The notes under the pieces: generated by a model
The model's input: the letters and a program-made list of their open reading frames with translations, nothing else
Told to the model about the DNA's origin: nothing
Database searches by the model: none
In this document: positions 1-10,441 of the stretch, piece after piece
Position numbering within the stretch: the first letter of the stretch is position 1
Layout of the letters: every line of letters begins with the position of its first letter
Source: Planctomycetota bacterium
GTDB taxonomy: Bacteria; Planctomycetota; UBA8108; SXIK01
Assembly (NCBI GenBank): GCA_965223265.1
Contig: OZ244999.1
Coordinates: 6,016,001 to 6,080,000, forward strand
Length of the DNA stretch: 64,000 bases
Reading direction: 5' to 3'
Translations under genes and position numbers: made by a program

Positions 1-50
1 GAATCGAAGCACTCCCAGGTCGCAGACATGCCGTCGCAACTCACGGACCC

Positions 51-141
51 CTCCGGAACGGCACACGGGAGTGTGCCTACTACTTTGAAGATCGAGTTGT
101 CCGGCATAGTAGTAGGCACACTCCCGTGTGCCGTTCCGGAG
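51..141. repeat. REP/REPIN-like inverted doublet
   Basis: Perfect 34-bp inverted repeat (51-84 / 108-141, 23-nt spacer); each arm has GTAG next to an internal palindrome GGCACAC-TCCC-GTGTGCC, the layout of GTAG-family REPs. Confidence 0.85.
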
Positions 142-246
142 CTGAGCGTGGAGCGTGACCTTGAGTCACGCTGGCACGCTCCCAAAAACCTCACAGCCTC
201 TCGGTGCGCCTACCACCCTGATGCACCGAGTGCACAAATGCGAGAC

Positions 247-3200
247 TTAGAGCTCCACACGCGTCGTCTCATGAGCGCGAATGCTCACGCGCTTCGACGA
301 TTTCGTCTCGCCCTCCGCCCAAAGCTGGACCTCGTAGTCGCCGGGTCGGATGCTTGCGAACTCAAAGCGACCGTCCGAAGTGACGAGATGCGTTGTGCGG
401 GTACGTCGATCACCGTGCTGTGGGTCAGAAATCAACCGCACCTCGTAGCCGGGTCGTGCGTCTGAGCCCAGGTCGACACGTCGAACCTCGCCCTGTAGTC
501 GACCGGCCGCCTCGAGCACCATGTCGACGGTCGCGGGCGAGTCCGAAGAGACCTCGACGTTGGGCACGGAGCCGTGCAAGCAGAAGTCGCTATGAGAGGG
601 CGTGACCGTGGCCGTGCCGGCGGTCAGGCCGTGGACCTCGAAGGTGCCATCATCTGACGTGGTGGCCTCCCGGATATCGTGGAGTGTTTTTCCGTCACCA
701 GCGCGCAGTCCGACGATCAACGTCACACGTACACCTGAGAGTGGAGCTCCTCCTTGCGAATGCACCGTTCCGCGCACGGTTCCACCGGGCACCAAGGAGA
801 CATCCACGCTTCTCTCTTCACCAGATTCGATCTCGAAGGTGTGCACGGCCACGGCGTGCGCGGCACTCCACACTTTGAGATCGTATTTCGCAGGCAAGAG
901 ATTGGCGCACTCGAACAGTCCGTCGTCGTGATCGACTGCGAGCGTCTGCTGCTCGAGGATGCGCAGGGTTGTCGTCCGATCATCCGAGCGGCGGACGAGC
1001 CTCACTTGAAAACTCGTCACGGCCTCGCCGCTCGCTGCATCCGTCACGTAGCCTTCAATCAGGCCGTGCCGAGCGAGCACGATGTCGGGACACGCGTCAC
1101 CCGGGCGGATGTCGTTGACCTGCGCGAAACCATAACCTTCAGCTCGCGCCACAATCGTATACGTCGCATCCGGGAGGCGTGTGAGCACGCAGTGGCCGTC
1201 AGGCCCTGAAACAGCCGCTGCCGTTCCGCTACTGTTGGTGGCGCGAAAGACCTCCATTTCGTATCGGTTCTGTTCATCAAGCAGAGGAGAGTCGCCCACG
1301 TCCATTTGGACGAGCGCAACGACCTCGACCCCGGAAAGACCGCCTCCATCGCCATCGACCACGCGAACCTCGATCACCTGCCCTAAGTCGAGTTGAACGT
1401 CGAGGTGCGCTTCTTCCGCCGTCAAGTCGATCTGCTCGATCAGACTCTTCGCGAACCCGACAGCCTGCACCTCGGCCGAATACGTGCCGCGTTCGAGCCC
1501 GCCAATGCGAAACGTCCCGTCGGCACTCGTGTACGCCACGGTGTCGGCAAACCCTGGCGGGAGCAGTTGAATCTGCATACGGATCAGCTCATTGATTTCG
1601 ACGTCACGCTTGAGCAGCACGCGAGCACGGTCAACAGGAGACCCGTCGACGGTTGTTACCTTGCCTTCCACCGCCGTCGTCTCTTGCAAAACGATCTCCA
1701 CCTCGGAAGGAAGTTCGTCGGGCTGAAACGGCCCAACGCGCGCCTTGCCCCAGTCGGGATGACTTGCTGCGATCTCTGGCGTCAGCGCTGGGTTAGGAGT
1801 CATCTCCACGAAAAAACCGCCTTCCGCGTCGGTGCTATCGGCAAGTCGTCCGCCAGTGATCGCCATCATCGCCGGCGGCAATCCAGGAACTTCGACGGCC
1901 ACACGTGCACCCGCCACACGTTCCCCGGAGGCGTTGAGCACCACGCCGCTCACTCCCTGCTTCGGTTCCAGGAGGAACTCCTGCGGTCCCGCGGCATCCA
2001 GCTGCAGCTGCAGCTGCTTTCTTTGGTATTCGCGATGTTGAATGGACAGCGACAGAGAGTCGGCGTCGGGGAGGACACCAAGAAACTCGAATCCACCGTC
2101 GTCGCCGGATTGCCGCACTCGCTCCGAGACGTTTCGCAGTCGCACCGCTGCGCCGGTGATCGGAGAGTGATCGATCGCGTCCAGGCAGACACCGCGCACG
2201 ACAGCCGCACTGGCGATGCGAAGCTCAAGTGCCTCCTCCCCGGCCATGACGCTCTCAGCAACAGCAGCACCGTTCTGATCATCCATGGCATGAACGCGGT
2301 ACTCTCCTGCAGCCACGCCAGCGAAAGAGAATGCCCCGGAGTCGCCGGTCACGACCTCGGCGAGGACGTCGGCTGCAGACTTCGGGCTACCTGCGGATCG
2401 AGGCGTCTTCGCCTTCGTGAGCCAAACGCGCGCGCCGCTCAACTCCACCCCGCCCGCAGTACGTACGACGCCACCAACCTGAAACGGCTCTTCCAGCTCG
2501 ATGGTTCCGACATCCAATCCCTCCGCCGGAATCACCACGACTTGAGAGTGCGGCGGTAAGCCTTCAGTGCGAGCCGTCAAGCTCAAAGCCCCTGCGGCGA
2601 CGCCCCGCAGGGAGAAACTTCCATCGCCGGCCGTCTTGGTACTCCGGGTCTTCTCGCGCAGCAAATCCAGATCGCCGCCGAGCATCATCGCCTGCGTCGC
2701 GCGGCTCGGATCGAGGGTCGGCGCGGCCACGGTGACCGTCGCACCGCTGACCGCCTCACCATTCGGCCCCACGAGCTGGCCGACCAGAGACGGGCCGCTC
2801 GACATGACGACGACGATCCCATCTTCGCCCACTGGAATGCCATCGACCTGCGTCAATGCATAGTCATCGTGTCTCACTTTGATCGAGTGCAGGACGGGCG
2901 CTAGCGACTCGAAGCGAAACGAGCCATCCGCCGCAGTCGTCACAGGAGCGTTGCCGACGATTGCTGATCCGTCGAGTGCCCCCATAATCATCTGCATCAT
3001 CTGACCGATCCCACGCACCTTCGCTGCGTCCGCCGAAAGTGCCAACACGGACGCGCCTGAAAGAGCGGCGCCTCCCGTCGTGACGACACGGCCGGCAATG
3101 GAGTAAGCGTCAGAAAGTGTAATGTCGAAGAGCGATTCCTCGCCACCCTGGATCAAAACCCAGCCTTTCTTGTAGCCAAGGTAGGATGGGTGGGAGGCAA

Positions 3201-4380
3201 ACACGCGAGACGTCCCCGGCGCGAGTGCCGAGAACGCATACGAGCCGTCCTCATCGGTCAGCGCTGGTGAAAGGGCCCGCAGCAGAGCGTGAGCGCGATC
3301 GGAAAAGCTGCGAATGTTGCCGACGACGTCATCCTCCACGCCGTTCTGTAAGCTCTCGTAAAGCGCCTCGAATCTCTCGCTTTCGAGAACGAAGACCTTA
3401 GCCCCAGCAACCGGTTCGCCGCGTGCGTTTGTGACACGGCCGCGGAGCGCGACGGGGCCAGCGTCTGCAGAATCTTCGGCCTCGTCCGTCAGCGCTGCGG
3501 CTTCAGTTGAAAGTGAGACGTTTGCGACGGTCACATCGCCGGCGGTAGAATCATCGACCGTCTGAGCGCTGCCGACGACCTCCGAGTCTGCGTTCGGGTC
3601 ACTTTCCGAAGTGAAGCGGTCTGCGAGAAACACCATCGCGCCGGTCAGTAGAGCCGCAGCTGTCATGGGAATGGCCACCTTTTTTGCCCCCACGAGGAAA
3701 GTCGACGCGCCAGCTCCGGCAGCCGCAGCCGCTCCGCTTGCTGACGTGGCGGAGACCGCGGCACCCTTCTCACACAGCTTCACCAACTGAGGCAGGAGAG
3801 CCGCTGGCTCAGGGGGCGTGTCCGTGCCGGGAAGCTGGACGCTCAGAATCGCCAAGGACGGCGCGAATTCGGTGAGACGCCGCTTGAGAAGCCCACGGGC
3901 GCGGTCGAGCCGCTGGCTGACGGCCGACTCGCTGATCGCGAGAATCCGACCGACATCGCGCCCCGAGAGTCCTGCGAGGTAGCGCAGTTCGACGGTTGTC
4001 CGCAGATCCGCGGGGAGCCTTTCGATCTCTTTGTAGAGCGCGTCGTAGTCTTCGGGTAGGAGACCGTCGCGGTTGGCGTGCTGAAAACTTTCGCGCTCGC
4101 GCTTTCGACGTCGGTCAGCGGAGCGACGCAGTTGGTTGACGCGATGGAGGACACGCCAGCTGAGGTATCCAAGAGGGGCTCGGACGGACCCAGCGGCCGG
4201 TGGATCCAGAAGTAACTTCAAGAAGACGTCCTGACAGATATCGGTCGCGTCTTCACGATGGCCCGTCACACGGTAAGCAACGCGCCAGACGAATGCGTGG
4301 TAGCTGTGCACGACTTTCTCGAGGCGCTTCCGATTGGGCCTGTCGAGATACGCGAGGAGTGGTTCTGCGGAATGTTTCAT
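247..4380 (-). CDS. ECF sigma-70 factor fused to a transmembrane helix and many carboxypeptidase-regulatory-like (CnaB/Ig-like) repeats
   Basis: Region 2 (EDATDICQDVFLKL) and region 4 (LRYLAGLS..VG..L.ISESAVSQRLDRAR), hydrophobic AAALLTGAMVFLA, then repeated GRV...G.PV.GA.V...T..DG.F.F..L..G units. Confidence 0.9.
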   Translation of the reverse strand: MKHSAEPLLAYLDRPNRKRLEKVVHSYHAFVWRVAYRVTGHREDATDICQDVFLKLLLDPPAAGSVRAPLGYLSWRVLHRVNQLRRSADRRRKRERESFQHANRDGLLPEDYDALYKEIERLPADLRTTVELRYLAGLSGRDVGRILAISESAVSQRLDRARGLLKRRLTEFAPSLAILSVQLPGTDTPPEPAALLPQLVKLCEKGAAVSATSASGAAAAAGAGASTFLVGAKKVAIPMTAAALLTGAMVFLADRFTSESDPNADSEVVGSAQTVDDSTAGDVTVANVSLSTEAAALTDEAEDSADAGPVALRGRVTNARGEPVAGAKVFVLESERFEALYESLQNGVEDDVVGNIRSFSDRAHALLRALSPALTDEDGSYAFSALAPGTSRVFASHPSYLGYKKGWVLIQGGEESLFDITLSDAYSIAGRVVTTGGAALSGASVLALSADAAKVRGIGQMMQMIMGALDGSAIVGNAPVTTAADGSFRFESLAPVLHSIKVRHDDYALTQVDGIPVGEDGIVVVMSSGPSLVGQLVGPNGEAVSGATVTVAAPTLDPSRATQAMMLGGDLDLLREKTRSTKTAGDGSFSLRGVAAGALSLTARTEGLPPHSQVVVIPAEGLDVGTIELEEPFQVGGVVRTAGGVELSGARVWLTKAKTPRSAGSPKSAADVLAEVVTGDSGAFSFAGVAAGEYRVHAMDDQNGAAVAESVMAGEEALELRIASAAVVRGVCLDAIDHSPITGAAVRLRNVSERVRQSGDDGGFEFLGVLPDADSLSLSIQHREYQRKQLQLQLDAAGPQEFLLEPKQGVSGVVLNASGERVAGARVAVEVPGLPPAMMAITGGRLADSTDAEGGFFVEMTPNPALTPEIAASHPDWGKARVGPFQPDELPSEVEIVLQETTAVEGKVTTVDGSPVDRARVLLKRDVEINELIRMQIQLLPPGFADTVAYTSADGTFRIGGLERGTYSAEVQAVGFAKSLIEQIDLTAEEAHLDVQLDLGQVIEVRVVDGDGGGLSGVEVVALVQMDVGDSPLLDEQNRYEMEVFRATNSSGTAAAVSGPDGHCVLTRLPDATYTIVARAEGYGFAQVNDIRPGDACPDIVLARHGLIEGYVTDAASGEAVTSFQVRLVRRSDDRTTTLRILEQQTLAVDHDDGLFECANLLPAKYDLKVWSAAHAVAVHTFEIESGEERSVDVSLVPGGTVRGTVHSQGGAPLSGVRVTLIVGLRAGDGKTLHDIREATTSDDGTFEVHGLTAGTATVTPSHSDFCLHGSVPNVEVSSDSPATVDMVLEAAGRLQGEVRRVDLGSDARPGYEVRLISDPQHGDRRTRTTHLVTSDGRFEFASIRPGDYEVQLWAEGETKSSKRVSIRAHETTRVEL

Positions 4381-4680
4381 GCGAGGTTCTCCGTAGGTTC
4401 TTGTGATACCTCGATGAGTCCGCGAGAGCCTATGACTTCAGCGCAAAATCTTGAGACCATCCTGAGACCGCCATCCCTTATGCAGGCAGATCCGGAGCCA
4501 TATCGCGTCAGCCCCGTGCTTGACGCCGCCGTGAGAGCGCTTCCCCGCGCCCGACTTGAACTGGCAATGCCTTCGGCGCGTTCGTGCTACAGGTGTTAGC
4601 CCCCATGCCGCCTTGGGGCAACGAGAGGCCATTAGTATCGCCTCTTGCTTCGTTCTCTCGAGGCAAGTAGGCTTCCGACC

Positions 4681-6291
4681 ATGCTGTTTGGTCGAAACTC
4701 GCGGTCCAATTCCGCCAGCACTCGCCGCTCAGAGGCATCGATCAAGTCGCTTTCAAAGCGAAGACTCTTTGCCTTCAAACTTTTCACTATCGCATTCTCA
4801 TGCGCGATCACGTTACTCGGTGGCGAAGTTCTGATCCGTATGATCGACGGATATCGTATAGGGAGTTTCATTCTCGCGCCTACATCCAATCCTGGAGCGC
4901 GACCGCTCGGTCGTTCCAACGATCTTTTCAATCTGGCCGCGCGCTATGCAGCTGAGTCGTCGCTCGCCTCGACTCTCAAGCCAGAGTGGCTGCACGATCA
5001 TGTACCTCGTGCCCCAAGGGCCCCGCCGTCACCCGAGATGCGCAAACGCTACCTGGCTGCAGATCGCCCATCTCGAGAAGCGATCTATGCCTTCAATCTG
5101 GCGTACGCTAGCACGCGAGTCTGCCAAGAGCGGTACTTGCTCGATCCCTGGCTGGGAACGAAGATCCCTAATCGCTTCGTCTTCGAGCCTCTGCCCGATT
5201 CGTCACGGCAATACCGTTACCGATTGCCAGCAGGCCAGACTTCCCCGGACGGTTACGTAGTCAACCGATGGGGATTTCGAGGTCCCGATATCGCGCTCAA
5301 CCGTGCGGAAGGCACGATTCGCATCGCCTTCGTAGGAGCGTCTACCACGATCAACGCGGCGGAGTTCAAACACAGCTATCCCGATTACGTCGTCTGGTGG
5401 TTGAACCGTTGGGCAGCCGCGCAACAAGTTGATGTCAGATTCGAAATGATCAACGCAGGTCGTTTGGGGTTCCGTTCTGACGAAATCGCTGCAGTCGTGA
5501 AGCACGATGTCCTCCCTTTCGACCCTGATCTCGTTGTGTACTACGAGGGCTCGAATCAGTTTCGTCCCGACCGTTACGTCAAGTACCCGTCAGGCAAGAA
5601 ACCGAGACCTCCTAGGTTTAGCATGCCTCTGGAAAGCTGGATTGAGCGGCGGTCGGCAATCGCGCGCCGGCTCGTGAATCTCGGTTGGCATGGCGCTGCG
5701 CCGGAGCCGGAGAAGAGGATGGGAACGGTGGAGTGGCCAGCAGAAGTTGACGAATTCAACCCAGATCTGAGCAAGCGAGATCTGTTTCCAAGTCGTCTCG
5801 GGCAAATCCTGGACGATTTAGACTACATCCGCGAAGCAGTTGAGGGCACAGGTAGTGAGTTCGTCCTCACCACGTTCACCTGGATGGTACACGACGGCAT
5901 GGTCTTGACGCTGCCCGACGATAAGAATCTCTATCGGTACTTAAACGTCACGTTTTATCCATTCACTTACGCTCACATGCGTCGCCACGCCGACTTTCAA
6001 AATCGAGTCTATTCGACGTACGCGCGTGAGCATGGAGTCTACCTACTCGACGTTGACGCGGCTTTTCCGAAGGAACCGCGCTTGTTCAACGATGCGATTC
6101 ATATGCGTGAGGATGGAGTGAGGCTGCGCGCCTGGCTGATGACCGCGCTTCTGCTTCCGATGATCGAAGAACGTCTCGCCGACGGCCGTCTACCACGCCC
6201 ACCACGTCGGGAGCCCTTGTTAGAACACCCGGTGCTCTCGAAGCCGCCGCGGTTGGTAGCGCTCGACGATCTGCGCACTGACTGCGACTAA
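4681..6291 (+). CDS. Membrane-anchored SGNH/GDSL hydrolase-like protein
   Basis: N-terminal TM; SGNH blocks IAFVGASTT, INAGRLG, YEGSNQ, DAIHM. Start chosen at ATG 4681 (uncertain). Confidence 0.75.
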   Translation: MLFGRNSRSNSASTRRSEASIKSLSKRRLFAFKLFTIAFSCAITLLGGEVLIRMIDGYRIGSFILAPTSNPGARPLGRSNDLFNLAARYAAESSLASTLKPEWLHDHVPRAPRAPPSPEMRKRYLAADRPSREAIYAFNLAYASTRVCQERYLLDPWLGTKIPNRFVFEPLPDSSRQYRYRLPAGQTSPDGYVVNRWGFRGPDIALNRAEGTIRIAFVGASTTINAAEFKHSYPDYVVWWLNRWAAAQQVDVRFEMINAGRLGFRSDEIAAVVKHDVLPFDPDLVVYYEGSNQFRPDRYVKYPSGKKPRPPRFSMPLESWIERRSAIARRLVNLGWHGAAPEPEKRMGTVEWPAEVDEFNPDLSKRDLFPSRLGQILDDLDYIREAVEGTGSEFVLTTFTWMVHDGMVLTLPDDKNLYRYLNVTFYPFTYAHMRRHADFQNRVYSTYAREHGVYLLDVDAAFPKEPRLFNDAIHMREDGVRLRAWLMTALLLPMIEERLADGRLPRPPRREPLLEHPVLSKPPRLVALDDLRTDCD

Positions 6292-6316
6292 CAGCCCAGG
6301 CAGTCTGATCACGCGA

Positions 6317-8143
6317 TCACCGCCGCTCGTCGATGACAAAGCGGAGCTTGTACGCAAAGCGCTCTGGTTTTCTTGCGTGGCGCGCAAGACCGGAGTCGAC
6401 GACCTGGAGACTTAGTTCGTAGGTGCCTGACTTTCGCGGCGCGCCTGAGATGGCGCCCGATGACTCATCGAGCGTCAATCCATGCGGTAGCGAACCCTTC
6501 CGTAGCGTCCATTTGAGCGGAGGCGTTCCTCCCCAAGCCTTGGCAGCGAACCAGTACGGCACGCCGACCCTGCCGCGAGGCGGGAAGAACGTCGTCATCG
6601 CGAGTCCACGTCGACCCGCGAGTTGCCCACTCAACGCCGCGATCTCGTCCTGATAGAATGGATTATCGTGCTGGCTCTCGAGCTCGAAAGGGTCTTGCTC
6701 GAGATCGTAGAACTCCTTGGCGCCGTCTGCGTGTTCAACGTACTTCCAGTTGCGCCCGTCACGAAGGATCCGCACGCCGGACCACACCGGGACGGTTCTT
6801 TCGAGCTCGGGCCCCAAGTGGCCGTAGCTTTCGATCAACAAATCGTCCCGCCACTGCGTCGAGCGACCATGGATGAGGGGTAATAAGCTCAATCCGTCTG
6901 AGCTTGGTTCGTAACCGGCGAGGTCGAGAATGGTCGCACCAAGATCCAAGTTGGCAGCGACGATCTGCTTCTCATCGCGCTTCGAGACGCCTGGAGCTCT
7001 GATCACCAGCGGGACGCGAATGGACTCTTCGTACGGTAGGCCTTTGTTGCACGGGACGCGATGCTCGCCATAGGTGAGGCCGTTGTCCGAGGTGAACACA
7101 AACACTGTGCTCTCCAGAAGACCGAGCTCTTCTACGGTGTCGACGAGCGCGCCGACGGCGCGATCGACGGCCTGAAGCGACTCGAGAGTCCGGCGAGACA
7201 CACTCGGATCGCACGGTGATCGCCCTTTGCCAACGGCCGCCCTCTGAACCCAGCCCGGTTTATCCGCGAGATCTTCCTCGTCGAGGGCTCGCCCCGTGTA
7301 GACGTAATCGTCGAATCCATTTCGATCGTCGGTCGCCGGTATTCGAGGCGCATGCGGGGCGTACGTGCTCAGCATGAGAAAGAAGGGCTGCGTTGTGTCT
7401 TCGCGGATGAACTGCAGCGCAGCGTCACGCTGAAAGTCGGTGATGTACTGTTGGTCGATCGTCTCCACGTCCCCGTTCGTCGCACGATGTCGACTACTTC
7501 CCCTCGTCACGTTACGCAGCGTGTGCCAGTCTCTCATCTGCTCGCGGCTATCGTTGACAACGAAACGACTCCAGCCCGGTGGGACGTAGCCGGCGTCGTG
7601 ACCGACAAGATATCTGCCGACGAATCCTGTCCTGAACCCCGCGCTCTGGAGACGCGTGGCAACAGTGTCCGTGTCGTCGAAGCTCCTGAATGCACCGTTG
7701 TAGCCGTGATTGGACTTGACCCCTGTGTTCCTTGCGTGATAGCCACCGGCGAGGAGGCTGGCTCGCGAGGGAGCGCACGAGGGTACCGTGACGAATGCAT
7801 TCAGAAAATGAACCCCTTTGGACACCAGGCGACTCTGCAGCATGGGCATGGCCCAAAGAGTGTCCCAGCGTTGGTCGTCCGTCAAGACGATCACGATGTT
7901 GGGAGGTTTCGAAGCTGCAAACGGATCGCACGCATCTCCCAGACCGTCGTGATCGCTATCGACCTGCCCTTGATTCTTCACGGTTGGGCAGTTGTCGGTC
8001 TCATCGGCAATTCCGTCTGCGTCACTGTCAAGAGAGCTATTGGCAGAAGGTGAACGACGCGAACAGTCAGCCGCGACAACAACGAATAACAAAACGAAGA
8101 TGGCTGTGTGCCGCCTCGACAGGCGAGAAGAAATGTTTCTCAT
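6317..8143 (-). CDS. Secreted S1 sulfatase with N-terminal thrombospondin type-3 repeat and C-terminal Ig (He_PIG-like) domain
   Basis: PNIVIVLTDDQ, formylglycine motif CAPSR, FTSDNG, EFYDLEQDPFE; DSDADGIADETDNCP..DGLGDACD; GGTPPLKW...GSLPHGLTLD..SGAISGAP. Confidence 0.92.
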   Translation of the reverse strand: MRNISSRLSRRHTAIFVLLFVVVAADCSRRSPSANSSLDSDADGIADETDNCPTVKNQGQVDSDHDGLGDACDPFAASKPPNIVIVLTDDQRWDTLWAMPMLQSRLVSKGVHFLNAFVTVPSCAPSRASLLAGGYHARNTGVKSNHGYNGAFRSFDDTDTVATRLQSAGFRTGFVGRYLVGHDAGYVPPGWSRFVVNDSREQMRDWHTLRNVTRGSSRHRATNGDVETIDQQYITDFQRDAALQFIREDTTQPFFLMLSTYAPHAPRIPATDDRNGFDDYVYTGRALDEEDLADKPGWVQRAAVGKGRSPCDPSVSRRTLESLQAVDRAVGALVDTVEELGLLESTVFVFTSDNGLTYGEHRVPCNKGLPYEESIRVPLVIRAPGVSKRDEKQIVAANLDLGATILDLAGYEPSSDGLSLLPLIHGRSTQWRDDLLIESYGHLGPELERTVPVWSGVRILRDGRNWKYVEHADGAKEFYDLEQDPFELESQHDNPFYQDEIAALSGQLAGRRGLAMTTFFPPRGRVGVPYWFAAKAWGGTPPLKWTLRKGSLPHGLTLDESSGAISGAPRKSGTYELSLQVVDSGLARHARKPERFAYKLRFVIDERR

Positions 8144-8451
8144 TGCGTCTCTCTCACGCGATCGCTACCACCCGGTCGGCGCTGAGCTCTACGACTGTGA
8201 CTGCGGCTGCGACATCGACATCGGGGCGAGACTACCATGGCGATCGCGCGGTTGGAAAATCGTTTCCGCATGGCGACTGCGTCGGCGAGAGCGGCGAAAC
8301 ACCATGATCTGCTACCACAAGCATGGCGGTTTCTACAGGACGAACGCAGTCGCACGCTTCGTCGCGGTCCGTCATCCCGAACGCCCGCGGTTCACTCCTA
8401 ATCTGAATTCGCCATGCCTTCGGCGAGCCCCAAGAGTATGATCCTCATGCC

Positions 8452-9390
8452 ATGGCACACCAAGGGAAGCAGAAACTACCGGCGATCCTCCCCGTCGGAA
8501 CGGCTGTCGTCAGCACCGTGAGAATCGCGGGTCGCGGGGGCGCGCCAGCCTGTCCGCGTGGCTCCGTCGGGGTGATCACTCGAACGCCGGGCGATCCGGA
8601 ACATCGTTATCGCGTCCGCTTTCCCGGTGGCGAGGAGGTCTCGATGAGACGATCGGATCTCGCCGTGCTGAAACACTACCAGCAAGAGGGCCTGACGCAG
8701 GATCTCAACCCGATGGTGGAGCACGATCTCTATCGATACGTGATCTTCCAGTGCGTCATCGGTTCGCGCGCCTATGGTCTCGACCATGACGGCTCCGACA
8801 CCGACCGACGCGGCATCTACATCCCTCCAGCGGACCTGCACTGGTCGCTCTACGGCGTACCCGAGCAGCTCGAAAACGACGCCACCGAGGAGTGTTACTG
8901 GGAGATAGAGAAGTTCCTCAAACTCGCGCTCAAGGCAAACCCCAACGTCCTCGAGGTGCTCTACTCACCGCTGGTCGAAAAAGCCACACCTCTCGCCGAG
9001 GAGCTCTTGGATCAGAAGAACCTCTTTCTTTCGCAGCTCGTCTACCAGACCTACAACGGCTACGTGCTGTCCCAGTTCAAGAAGCTCGGGCAAGACTTGC
9101 GCAGCCGCGGCGCCATCAAGTGGAAACATGCAATGCACCTGATTCGACTCCTGCTCTCGGGCATCACAATTCTGCGCGAGGGTCTCGTTCCGGTACGAGT
9201 CGATGAGCACCGGGAGAGACTCTTGGCGATTCGTGACGGCAAGACCCCTTGGGACGAAGTCGACACATGGAGAGTCGAGCTCCATAAGGCATTCGACGCC
9301 GCATACGAAACGACCGCACTGCCGGAGCATCCAGACTACGAGCGTGCCAATGCCTTTTTGGTCGAGGCCCGTCGATCGATGGTGACCTGA
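8452..9390 (+). CDS. RlaP/YcgL-like pol-beta nucleotidyltransferase with extra N-terminal beta-rich domain
   Basis: GSRAYGL...SDTDRRG, KANPNVLEVL, KHAMHLIRLLLSG; about 80-aa N-terminal extension. Confidence 0.85.
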   Translation: MAHQGKQKLPAILPVGTAVVSTVRIAGRGGAPACPRGSVGVITRTPGDPEHRYRVRFPGGEEVSMRRSDLAVLKHYQQEGLTQDLNPMVEHDLYRYVIFQCVIGSRAYGLDHDGSDTDRRGIYIPPADLHWSLYGVPEQLENDATEECYWEIEKFLKLALKANPNVLEVLYSPLVEKATPLAEELLDQKNLFLSQLVYQTYNGYVLSQFKKLGQDLRSRGAIKWKHAMHLIRLLLSGITILREGLVPVRVDEHRERLLAIRDGKTPWDEVDTWRVELHKAFDAAYETTALPEHPDYERANAFLVEARRSMVT

Positions 9391-10148
9391 TGGAGTTCGA
9401 CCCGCGCCTAGCAGACATCACCGCGAGCCAGCCTTATCCACTCGTCTTCGCTTCGATCAGCGGTGCCCACCTCTATGGTTTCGCCTCGCCAGATTCGGAT
9501 TGGGACTTACGTGGCGTGCACGTGCTCCCGCTCGAGCAGGTGGTAGGCCTGGACGCGCGCCGGGAGACGATCGAGGATTCCCCTGAGGTGACAAGCGACG
9601 GCTTCGAGCTGGACCTGGTGACGCATGACCTGGAGAAGTTCATGCGTCTCATGTTGAAGCGTAACGGCTACGTTCTCGAGCAGGTTTTCTCGCCGCTGAT
9701 CGTCTCCACGACGCCAGAGCACGATGAACTAAAAGCTCTCGCCGCGAGGTGCATCACACGCCATCATGCACACCACTACCTTGGCTTCGCGCGCACCCAG
9801 TGGCGGCTCTTTCACAAAGACACCTCGCCCAGGGTGAAACCTCTGCTCTATGTCTATCGAGTGCTGCTGACAGGAATTCACCTGATGCGCACAGGTCGCA
9901 TCGAAGCGAACGTTCAAAAGTTAAACGACGAGTTCGGGCTCACACACATCACCGACCTCGTCGCGCGCAAGGTGAACGGCAAGGAGAAGGAGGTTCTGAG
10001 CGGCGCAAGCCTCGAATTCCATCACCAGGAGTACGAAAGACTCGTGCGGCTGCTGGAAGACGAGCGCGATCGCTCGGCTCTGCCGGATCAACCTGCGGCG
10101 CGAAGTGGGCTGAATGATCTGCTGGTGCGATTGCGGTTGGTGCGGTGA
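9390..10148 (+). CDS. Second RlaP/YcgL-like nucleotidyltransferase
   Basis: SGAHLYGFASPDSDWDLRGVH, NGYVLEQ, KPLLYVYRVLLTGIHLMRTG; TGATG coupling to upstream gene. Confidence 0.87.
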   Translation: MEFDPRLADITASQPYPLVFASISGAHLYGFASPDSDWDLRGVHVLPLEQVVGLDARRETIEDSPEVTSDGFELDLVTHDLEKFMRLMLKRNGYVLEQVFSPLIVSTTPEHDELKALAARCITRHHAHHYLGFARTQWRLFHKDTSPRVKPLLYVYRVLLTGIHLMRTGRIEANVQKLNDEFGLTHITDLVARKVNGKEKEVLSGASLEFHHQEYERLVRLLEDERDRSALPDQPAARSGLNDLLVRLRLVR

Positions 10149-10441
10149 TTCTGACCGAATCGAGCCAAAGGCACCAGTGACGCGTGTTGCGGTCTCGAGA
10201 AAGCCGGGAGGCTTCTATCGGTCGACTCGCAGCTGAAAGGCCGCCAGAGGGGCCAACCGTCCAGCGAGACTCGAGCACCTTAGCGATGATTCAGCCTCCA
10301 AAGAGGCGCTTTCGACACGTTATATATAGGCATGTCTGCGATCGGCTGCCTCGCCTCCCGGATTTCGCGTTGGCTTGCGGGCGCGAGACGCAAAAGCTCG
10401 CTGAGTCGACGGTCCGAGAAAGCTCGCTCGATCATCATGAC

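Noticed and set aside
8566-8575. GTCGGGGTGA match to the att core
   Set aside because: Only 10 bp, inside an intact CDS; expected by chance.
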